Assembly: GCA_028279805.1 (NCBI GenBank)
Contig: JANQMZ010000007.1
Location: 180,001-212,000 of the forward strand
Reading direction: 5' to 3'
DNA length: 32,000 nt
Source of the DNA: an archaeon
Lineage (GTDB): Archaea > Iainarchaeota > Iainarchaeia > Iainarchaeales > JANQMZ01
Below, piece after piece: positions 25,591 through 32,000 of this stretch (position 1 is the first letter of the stretch; each line of letters opens with the position of its first letter). The position numbers and the translations under genes are program-made. The notes beneath the pieces were generated by a model. The model saw only the letters and a program-made list of their open reading frames with translations. It was not told where the DNA came from and did no database searches.

Positions 25591-26298
25591 TCAGAGTTGT
25601 TTAACTAGAAATTTTCCTTGTTTTTTATAACCAGCATCTTTTGCAATAGCATAATACATTCCGGTTGTTCTTTTGTATATTTTTTCAGCGTCCTCTCTGG
25701 TTAATCTTTCCCAGTATTCTGCTTCCCTTTGCTCATTATAGCTTTGAAGCGGTTTTATGTGTTCGGGCTTTAAAATTCTAATTGAATCAAAACCAAGTTT
25801 TTTCGCCTGTCTTTCCAATTCTTTCAACAAAAATGAAGCCCAGCCTCTTCCCATTCTTTCCCTGAAACCAGTGACTTCACGTTTTACTCCCTGGGTTCCT
25901 TGAATTCCTTCAATTATTATTGTTTTTCCGTTACGCGTTGTTTCAAACACCAATTCCAGCCCACCAATTCGTGTATTGCTCTGCGATACTCTTAATTCTA
26001 AAAAACCTGCGGCAGGTTCTCTGTCAAGTTTTATAGTATAACCATTAACTTCAATTTCTTCAAATTCTCTAATAAATTTTTTAGCTTCTCTAAAAGAGCG
26101 TGCTCTTTTCCACCCGTTTTTAGCCCAATCAGCAAATGTTGTGATTAAACTTCGCTTAGTCTGAGTGCCATAACGCATTCCAGCGGCAGCATCCAATTGA
26201 TCAGTTCTTCCAATTGGTTTTCGTTGCTGAAAAGGAAAACTATGCTCGGCTAAAGCAATGCTTTCTCCAGGATTCCGAGGCAAACCTTTACGAGGCAT
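25591..26298 (-). CDS. Hypothetical protein; tentative GNAT-like acyltransferase core with basic N-terminal extension
   Basis: The segment TIIIEGIQG...FRERMGRGWASFLLKELERQAKKLGFDSIRIL resembles GNAT beta4-alpha3-beta5 (acyl-CoA pocket), but the Q/RxxGxG/A motif is not exact. The N-terminal ~90 aa are unrecognised. Confidence 0.5.
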   Translation of the reverse strand: MPRKGLPRNPGESIALAEHSFPFQQRKPIGRTDQLDAAAGMRYGTQTKRSLITTFADWAKNGWKRARSFREAKKFIREFEEIEVNGYTIKLDREPAAGFLELRVSQSNTRIGGLELVFETTRNGKTIIIEGIQGTQGVKREVTGFRERMGRGWASFLLKELERQAKKLGFDSIRILKPEHIKPLQSYNEQREAEYWERLTREDAEKIYKRTTGMYYAIAKDAGYKKQGKFLVKQL

Positions 26299-26361
26299 AA
26301 TAGTTCTACTGTTCTAGACTATAAAAAAGTATTTTTAACAATTTGGAATCAAGATTGTTGC

Positions 26362-27387
26362 ATGGGCGTAAATTTAGGCGAATTGTCTTCAAAAGAAGAA
26401 ATTAATCTGGATGTTTTAAAAGGCAGAATGGTCGGAGTTGACTCTTTTAACATTTTGTATCAATTCCTGAGTTCAATTAGGGGATATGATGGCACACCTT
26501 TACAGGATTCACAGGGCAGAATAACATCACATTTAGCAGGTTTGCTGTATAGAACTTCGAGTTTGGTTGAAAAAGAAATTAAGCCTGTTTTTGTTTTTGA
26601 CGGCGAGCATCATAAACTTAAAAGTGAAACTGTTGCAAAAAGAAATGAAATTAGGACTCAGGCAAAAGAAAAATTTGAAGAAGCCAAAAAAAAAGGAAAA
26701 GAAAAGGAAATGAGAAAATATGCACAACAGGCTTTGCGTTTAACTCCCAAAATGGTTGAAGAATCAAAACAATTACTGGAATATTTGGGTTTGCCTGTTG
26801 TTCAGGCTCCAAGCGAGGGAGAAGCACAGGCTTCCTTTATGACTGACAATGGAGATTTGTATGGTTGTGTTTCGCAGGATTTTGATGTTTTATTGTTTGG
26901 AGGAAAGGTTTTGCTAAGAAACATTACTGTTTCCGGTAAAAGAAAAATTCCAAACAAGGATATTTATGTTGACGTAAAACCTGAAAAAATTGAACTGGAA
27001 AAAACTTTACAGGAACTGGGAATTTCAAGAGAAAAATTAATCTGGATTGCAATTTTGGTTGGAAACGATTTTAGTGAAAAGTTTCCAAAAATCGGTCCAA
27101 AAACCGCGTTGAATTTGGTTAAAAAATTTGATTCTTTTGAAAGAATAATAAAAGAAACAAAACATAAACCAAATTTTGATTATAAGGAAATTTTAAACAT
27201 ATTTTTGAATCCCGAGCATTCAAAGGATTATTCTTTAAAGTTTTCATCACCAAATAATGAAAAAGTTTTGGAATTTTTATGCGAGGAAAGAGAATTTTCA
27301 AAAGAACGAGTGGAAAACGCTTTAAATAAACTGGAGTTAAAAGCAAAAGAAAAAGGAACTCAGTCAAGACTGGATGCATGGGGTTAA
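26362..27387 (+). CDS. fen: Flap endonuclease 1
   Basis: MGVNLGEL...VGVDSFNILYQFLSSIR...ITSHLAGLLYRT...KPVFVFDG (XPG-N), SEGEAQAS...DFDVLLFG (XPG-I) and a C-terminal PCNA-interaction motif QSRLDAWG. Confidence 0.95.
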   Translation: MGVNLGELSSKEEINLDVLKGRMVGVDSFNILYQFLSSIRGYDGTPLQDSQGRITSHLAGLLYRTSSLVEKEIKPVFVFDGEHHKLKSETVAKRNEIRTQAKEKFEEAKKKGKEKEMRKYAQQALRLTPKMVEESKQLLEYLGLPVVQAPSEGEAQASFMTDNGDLYGCVSQDFDVLLFGGKVLLRNITVSGKRKIPNKDIYVDVKPEKIELEKTLQELGISREKLIWIAILVGNDFSEKFPKIGPKTALNLVKKFDSFERIIKETKHKPNFDYKEILNIFLNPEHSKDYSLKFSSPNNEKVLEFLCEEREFSKERVENALNKLELKAKEKGTQSRLDAWG

Positions 27388-28886
27388 TTTTTTTTCTTTT
27401 TAGGTTTTGATTTTTTTTCTTCAGGCTTCATTTGAGGGAAAAGAATAACATCCTTAATTGTTGCAGAATTTGTCAAAAGCATCACAACTCTGTCTATTCC
27501 AATGCCTAAGCCGCCTGCAGGAGGCATTCCGTATTTTAATGCTTCAACATAGTCTTCATCAACTGGATGATTTTCTCCTTTTGCCCTGCCCTGATCTGCC
27601 TGTTCTTTGAAAAATTTTTCCTGCAATTCCGGATTGTTTAATTCGGAATAAGCATTGGCAAATTCCCAGCCATTGATAAACAATTCAAATCTTTCAATTA
27701 AATCTTTGTTTCCTCTTTTTGGTTTGCACAAAGGAGTTGTTTCTTTCGGATAATCAATTACAAAAGTCGGTTGAATTAATTTTTCTTCACAAAAATGGTC
27801 AAACAATTCAGCTATTGCCAGCCCTCTTTTGAACGTGTCCAATTCTAACTGATTTTCTTTTAATAATTTTTTTAAATCAGAGTCTGATAATTTTTCAACA
27901 TCCAGGTCTGCATATTTTTTTAATGCATCATAAACTGTTATTTTTTTCCACGGCGTTTTAAAATCAATTTCTTTATCCTGGTAAGTTATTTTTGTTTTTC
28001 CTGTTAATTCTTTTACAACAAATTCAAATAATTCTTCTGTTAATTTCATAACATCATTGTAATCCCAGTAAGCTGCATAACATTCCATCATTGTAAATTC
28101 AGGATTGTGTGTTTTGTCAACGCCTTCATTTCTAAAATTTTTACAAATGGTATAAACTTTTTCAAAACCCCCCACAATCAGCCTTTTTAGATATAATTCA
28201 GGGGAAATTGACAAATAAAAATTTGATTTCCACGCATGGGATTCTGTTATAAAAGGCCTTGCATTGGCTCCGCCATAATTTGGCTGTAATAAAGGAATAT
28301 CTGTTTCCAAAAATTCTTTTTCTTCTAAAAATTTTTTTACAAAAGAAATTATTTTTGAACGTTTGAAAAAAATTTCCCTGACTTTTGAATTGGCAATTAA
28401 ATCCAAATATCTTTTTCTGTATCTTGCTTCAATATCTTTTAAGCCATGCCATTTGTCAGGCAAAGGAATGTGTGCTTTGGTTAAAAAAGTCAGTTTTGAA
28501 GCAAAAACTGATGGTTCTCCTTTTTTTGTTTTATACGGATTTCCTTGAACTCCGATAAAATCTCCAACATCCAATAATTCTAAAATTTTAAAATTTTCTT
28601 TTCCGACTGAATCAAGAGAAGCTAAAACCTGAATTTTTCCAAAACCGTCCAGCAAATCAAAAAAAAATAATTTTCCAAAATTTCTTTTTAAAATAATTCT
28701 TCCGGCAACAGATAATTTTTCTTTGGATTTTTCATTTTCCTTAAGCTTTTCTGACAATTTTTTAGCCTGAACAGAAGAATGATTTTTATCAAAACTATAA
28801 GAATAGGGTTCAATTCCCAAAGAAATTAATTCCTTCAGGCTGTCCTCTCTGCTTTTTAAAAGCATTTCTTTACGTTTTTCAGCCAT
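27384..28886 (-). CDS. lysS: Lysine--tRNA ligase, class II
   Basis: N-terminal OB anticodon-binding domain (VAGRIILKRNFGKLFFFDLLD), motif 2 FRNEGVDKTHNPEFTMMECY and motif 3 GGLGIGIDRVVMLL. Lys-rich C-terminal tail. Confidence 0.95.
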   Translation of the reverse strand: MAEKRKEMLLKSREDSLKELISLGIEPYSYSFDKNHSSVQAKKLSEKLKENEKSKEKLSVAGRIILKRNFGKLFFFDLLDGFGKIQVLASLDSVGKENFKILELLDVGDFIGVQGNPYKTKKGEPSVFASKLTFLTKAHIPLPDKWHGLKDIEARYRKRYLDLIANSKVREIFFKRSKIISFVKKFLEEKEFLETDIPLLQPNYGGANARPFITESHAWKSNFYLSISPELYLKRLIVGGFEKVYTICKNFRNEGVDKTHNPEFTMMECYAAYWDYNDVMKLTEELFEFVVKELTGKTKITYQDKEIDFKTPWKKITVYDALKKYADLDVEKLSDSDLKKLLKENQLELDTFKRGLAIAELFDHFCEEKLIQPTFVIDYPKETTPLCKPKRGNKDLIERFELFINGWEFANAYSELNNPELQEKFFKEQADQGRAKGENHPVDEDYVEALKYGMPPAGGLGIGIDRVVMLLTNSATIKDVILFPQMKPEEKKSKPKKKKN

Positions 28887-28926
28887 TTAAATACCCAGTA
28901 AACTTAATTCACTAAACTTATTTAAA

Positions 28927-29571
28927 CTATTTTAACGGAACAAAAACGTATTGCCCTGCACTGGTTTCTCTTTTAATCATGCTTTTTTCATTTTTTTTCA
29001 AAACCTGTAACATTTGGCTTTGTCCTGCGCCAATTGGTGCAACCATTCTCCCATTGTCTGCCAGTTGTTCAATTAATTCTTTTGGAAAGTCTTTTGCCGC
29101 AGCTGAAATTAAAATTCTGTCAAAAGGTTTTTCTTCAGGCCAGCCTTTTTTTCCATCACCAGATTTAATTTTAACATTTTTAATTTCCTCAATTTCCAGA
29201 TTTGCTTTTGATATATCCGCCAACTGCCTGATTAATTCTATGCCAAAAACTTTTCCTTCTGTTCCGACAAGTTTTGACAATAAAGCCGAAACATAACCGC
29301 ATCCTGAACCAACTTCCAAAATTTTCATTCCTTTTTTTACCTGTAAAAATTCAAGCATTATTGCAATTGTTGATGGTTGTGAAATTGTTTGGCCAAAACC
29401 TATGGGAAAAGCATTGTCAACATACGCTGCTTCCTTGTTTGTTGAAAAAAAAGTTTCCCTGTTTATTTCAAAAAAAGCTTTTTCAACTTCTTTTGATTTT
29501 ATTGCTTCAAACATTTTCATTTCTTTAATGAGTTTTTCTTTTTTTTCAGCCAAAAGTTTTTCATCCAGCAT
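28927..29571 (-). CDS. pcm: Protein-L-isoaspartate O-methyltransferase
   Basis: GQTISQPSTIAIMLE and the SAM-binding ILEVGSGCGYVSALL. 1-nt overlap (TAATG) with the upstream ubiA-family gene. Confidence 0.9.
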   Translation of the reverse strand: MLDEKLLAEKKEKLIKEMKMFEAIKSKEVEKAFFEINRETFFSTNKEAAYVDNAFPIGFGQTISQPSTIAIMLEFLQVKKGMKILEVGSGCGYVSALLSKLVGTEGKVFGIELIRQLADISKANLEIEEIKNVKIKSGDGKKGWPEEKPFDRILISAAAKDFPKELIEQLADNGRMVAPIGAGQSQMLQVLKKNEKSMIKRETSAGQYVFVPLK

Positions 29572-30389
29572 TAAAACAACCCCGCAATAAAAGCAATTAA
29601 CGCAATAAACATGCCAATTTTAGTCAAACCCTGGTTTTCACTTGGAGTCCGGGTTAAAGAATATAAAAACACCAAATCAGCAAAAATTACAATAATCAAA
29701 TAATAAAATCCAAGCAATCCAAGCATAAAAGGAACAAAGCTTAATGCAACTCCTGCAATAATAAAAACCGATGCCAAAATTTTTGCCTTGCTTTCACCAA
29801 AAAGTATTGGCAAAGTTTTTGCATTCAACTTTTTATCCCCTTCAATGTCCTCAATATCTCCGATTATTTCTCTGCCCATGTTAACCAGAAAAGCCAGTAT
29901 TGCCAGCCATAAAACTTTTTCAAAACTTAAAACAATTAATGCTCCGAAAACAAATGTTGTTGCCGGAAACCAGGAATCAACCAGATTACCAATTAAAGGC
30001 ATTGCTTTAAAGTTGCGTGCATAAAAAATTTCCAGAACAGTGTTCAGCAAAGCCAGAGCAAAAGCGTAAATGTTAATAAAAAAAGCCAACAATAAACCAA
30101 AAGCAAATAATAAAATTGAAAAGTTTAGTGCCTGAGCTTTTGAAATTTTTCCTGAAGGAATCGGTCTTTGAGGTGCATTAATTTTATCAATTTCTGAGTC
30201 AAAAAAATCATTCAAAACTATTCCTGCACCGGATATTACAAAAACAGAAATTAATGCCAAAATTAACGGAATTAAAAAAGAGCCAAAACCGATGAATCCT
30301 AAGCTGACAAAAAAGCCAACCAGTACTCCAAGCATTGCCAAAAATCCGTCATTGGGCCTTAAAATTTTCCAATAATCTGTTAGTGCCAA
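29571..30389 (-). CDS. UbiA-family prenyltransferase, probable digeranylgeranylglyceryl phosphate synthase
   Basis: About 8 TM helices. First Asp-rich motif NDFFDSEIDKINAPQRPIPSG and second motif GDIEDIEGD. The size and motifs fit the archaeal lipid DGGGP synthase, but substrate assignment is inference. Confidence 0.8.
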   Translation of the reverse strand: MALTDYWKILRPNDGFLAMLGVLVGFFVSLGFIGFGSFLIPLILALISVFVISGAGIVLNDFFDSEIDKINAPQRPIPSGKISKAQALNFSILLFAFGLLLAFFINIYAFALALLNTVLEIFYARNFKAMPLIGNLVDSWFPATTFVFGALIVLSFEKVLWLAILAFLVNMGREIIGDIEDIEGDKKLNAKTLPILFGESKAKILASVFIIAGVALSFVPFMLGLLGFYYLIIVIFADLVFLYSLTRTPSENQGLTKIGMFIALIAFIAGLF

Positions 30390-30428
30390 ACAATTTCACC
30401 TGTTTTTTAAAATAGTCAAACAAGTTAA

Positions 30429-30590
30429 TTAAGTTTTTTTGACTTTGTGTTTTAATCTCAGTCTTTTGCTGCTGCATTTTCTGCATTTCAAGGGATGTTT
30501 TCCCTCTGAACCCCTGTTTCTGGCGTTGCATTTCATGCAAATCCAGATATTGTTGAACAATCTTGCCTCAGCTTCCGCAAATTTTGCCAA
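30429..30590 (-). CDS. rpl40e: 50S ribosomal protein L40e (not in the ORF track; TTG start)
   Basis: My translation of the minus strand gives (M)[52 protein letters not shown]. The ICMKCNARN...KCRKC...LR zinc-ribbon pattern is the L40e signature. TAA lies immediately upstream of the TTG, and GGTG lies 6 nt before it. Confidence 0.8.
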   Translation of the reverse strand: MAKFAEAEARLFNNIWICMKCNARNRGSEGKHPLKCRKCSSKRLRLKHKVKKT

Positions 30591-30760
30591 TTAAAACACC
30601 TTTAAATCAGAATTAATAACTGTTATTAGGTTACATTTAAAAAGCATTTTATTGCCAAATTTCTGTTAGGCTACTTTTTAGCATTTTAACATTAAAATGC
30701 GAACGAAGTGAGCCGGTGCCATTGCAAATGGCACGCGGAGTAACCGTACGCAATCGGTTT

Positions 30761-30835
30761 GCCCCTGTGGTGTAGTTCGGTCAAGCATCCTGGCCTTTCA
30801 AGCCAGTGACTCGGGTTCAAATCCCGGCAGGGGCA
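30761..30835 (+). tRNA. tRNA-Glu (anticodon UUC)
   Basis: GCCCCTG-TG-GTGT-AGTTCGGTCAA-GCAT-C-CTGGC-CTTTCAA-GCCAG-TGAC-TCGGG-TTCAAAT-CCCGG-CAGGGGC-A. Confidence 0.9.
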
Positions 30836-30836
30836 C

Positions 30837-30844
30837 TTTTTTTT
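30837..30844 (+). terminator. T8 run directly after tRNA-Glu
   Basis: CTTTTTTTTG begins 1 nt after the discriminator base. Oligo-T is the established archaeal termination signal. Confidence 0.4.
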
Positions 30845-30880
30845 GTTTCAAGCGCAGAAAAAAGCCAGTTAGTTAAATGC

Positions 30881-31336
30881 TTATTGAAAATCAAAAGGAA
30901 GTTGTGTTATTCTTTTTAAATTTATTAAATGAATTTCTGTTTGTAAAATTTTCCGAACGTCTCTTCTTTTAACTGCCTGGCTTAATGTTAAATCTTCTTT
31001 GCCTTTTCCACTATGTGTTATAATTCCGCCTGCCCACATTGTTCCGTTTCGGTCCATTGTTACAGTTGTAACCAGAAAAAGGCGAGAATGATAAATACCG
31101 TCAACAGGTGTTTGATAAAATGCAATCACGCCCGGTTTTATTCCTATTCCGGAACGTGAATCAAATGTTGCATAACGAAGATCAACGGTTTCATGTTTTT
31201 TAAGTGCTTCAATTTTTCTTCTCAAATCTTGTTCAGAAATGATTTGCCTCCGCATTTTTCTTTTTGGATAACCCAGTTCTCCAAAAAAATGAGCTTCTTT
31301 AGGAGTTTGTTCAGGAATTCTTCTTTTTTCAAACAT
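30881..31336 (-). CDS. Hypothetical protein (basic N-terminus, beta-rich C-terminal half)
   Basis: Long ORF. I prefer the ATG at 31336 (TAAAATG junction with the upstream gene) over the track's GTG at 31357. No family recognised. Confidence 0.55.
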   Translation of the reverse strand: MFEKRRIPEQTPKEAHFFGELGYPKRKMRRQIISEQDLRRKIEALKKHETVDLRYATFDSRSGIGIKPGVIAFYQTPVDGIYHSRLFLVTTVTMDRNGTMWAGGIITHSGKGKEDLTLSQAVKRRDVRKILQTEIHLINLKRITQLPFDFQ

Positions 31337-31337
31337 T

Positions 31338-31802
31338 TTATTCCGCCAAAACAGCACTTGGATTTAATTCTTTTATTGGAAAAAGCCTTGCTTCTCGTTC
31401 CTCTCTTAACCTGAACAGAATTAAATCGTCTCCTTTTTTATAATTTGGAATGTCTTCAGGCAATTCTGAACGATGAGTCATTTTAATTACTGCATCAGGT
31501 TTTCCCTTAAAAATTATTTCAACGTAACCCCAGCACATTCTTTGCTTTGAATCCCACCACCGGATAACATCTCCGACTTTTAAGGCTCCAATAACACTGT
31601 GCCCGTGTTTTAATCTTCGCTGTTCTTCAATTTTTAATAATTCTGATTTGGAAATTTGCTGAACTGAAGTTAAAGGTTTTGAATCAATTTCACCGTTTTT
31701 TATTTCCAAAGTCATTCTGATTTTTTTGTTTGAACCGGCAACAAATTGTCTTGGTTTTTTCTCCGTTTTTTTCGGACGATGAACAGGCCTTCTTGTTCTC
31801 AT
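31338..31802 (-). CDS. Hypothetical protein (basic N-terminus MRTRRPVHRPKKTEKKPRQ)
   Basis: The track ORF runs to 31871, but the minus strand has AAAAGCTTTTATAC about 27 nt upstream of the ATG at 31802, and the extra 23 residues look like translated promoter DNA. No family recognised. Confidence 0.5.
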   Translation of the reverse strand: MRTRRPVHRPKKTEKKPRQFVAGSNKKIRMTLEIKNGEIDSKPLTSVQQISKSELLKIEEQRRLKHGHSVIGALKVGDVIRWWDSKQRMCWGYVEIIFKGKPDAVIKMTHRSELPEDIPNYKKGDDLILFRLREEREARLFPIKELNPSAVLAE

Positions 31803-31885
31803 AATAATATGCAAGTGCCCGTTGTATAAAAGCTTTTTTGATTCAACAGAAAACAATTTAAAACAAATCATTCTATTGGTTAAAG

Positions 31886-32000
31886 ATGCAGTTAAAAAAA
31901 TTTTGGAAAGAGTTTTTGCTTGTATTTATTTTAACATTTGTTTTACAATTTTTGGCAGACTATTCTGATAACTTTGTTTCAGATGAAATTATCAGGGAAA
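31886..32000 (+). CDS. N-terminal fragment of a membrane/secreted protein (3' end outside window)
   Basis: ATG at 31886, open to the window edge: MQLKKFWKEFLLVFILTFVLQFLADYSDNFVSDEIIRE. It has a hydrophobic N-terminal helix. Too short to appear in the ORF track. Confidence 0.35.
   Translation, partial: MQLKKFWKEFLLVFILTFVLQFLADYSDNFVSDEIIRE

Noticed and set aside
25177-26298. Toxin-antitoxin pair (HTH protein plus GNAT toxin)
   Set aside because: The HTH protein is a canonical Zn-ribbon MBF1, a housekeeping gene, and is abutted to the S2P gene downstream. The GNAT-like gene lies upstream of it and is separated by 42 nt. Its size and architecture do not fit TacT/AtaT-type toxins.
30349-30540. 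Track ORF of 63 aa ([14 protein letters not shown]...)
   Set aside because: It is in the wrong frame. It overlaps the ubiA-family start by 41 nt and has a low-complexity Q/K composition. The same DNA encodes a recognisable L40e in another frame (30429-30590).
30761-31871. Integrated mobile element at tRNA-Glu
   Set aside because: Between 30836 and 32000 there is no integrase and no direct repeat of the tRNA 3' end. It is kept only as a caveat in the finding on the tandem unknown genes.

Overview
AT-rich, very compact archaeal chromosome segment. Many genes abut or overlap by 1-17 nt. FEN1, aMBF1, ribosomal protein L40e, Taw1, a DGGGP-synthase-type UbiA prenyltransferase and FtsZ place it in Archaea. 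The small-genome style suggests a DPANN-like lineage, but that is a guess. About 34 protein genes and 4 tRNAs are supported. The main blocks, in window order, are: (1) the C-terminus of a large surface protein; (2) a four-gene MacB/FtsX-type ABC module with a CARDB-like surface protein; (3) carA-carB; (4) a mini-ferredoxin next to taw1; (5) a seven-gene lipoylation plus 2-oxoacid dehydrogenase operon (lipA, E1alpha, E1beta, E2, E3, lplB, lplA); (6) ftsZ followed by a coiled-coil membrane protein; (7) a Cys-rich secreted repeat protein; (8) site-2 protease and MBF1; (9) an orphan GNAT-like gene; (10) fen; (11) class II lysS; (12) pcm, ubiA and rpl40e; (13) two unrecognised tandem genes after tRNA-Glu. 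The rpl40e gene (53 codons, TTG start) is absent from the ORF track, which shows a spurious ORF in another frame instead. I found no CRISPR array, transposase, integrase, reverse transcriptase or recognisable defence gene. No single locus can be defended as a new system from sequence alone. The best candidates for follow-up are the tandem unknown pair after tRNA-Glu, the ABC plus surface-protein module, the Cys-rich repeat protein, the FtsZ-adjacent coiled-coil protein, and the 379-bp non-coding island with two perfect 13-bp inverted repeats upstream of ftsZ. All family assignments come from motif recognition by eye; no searches were run.
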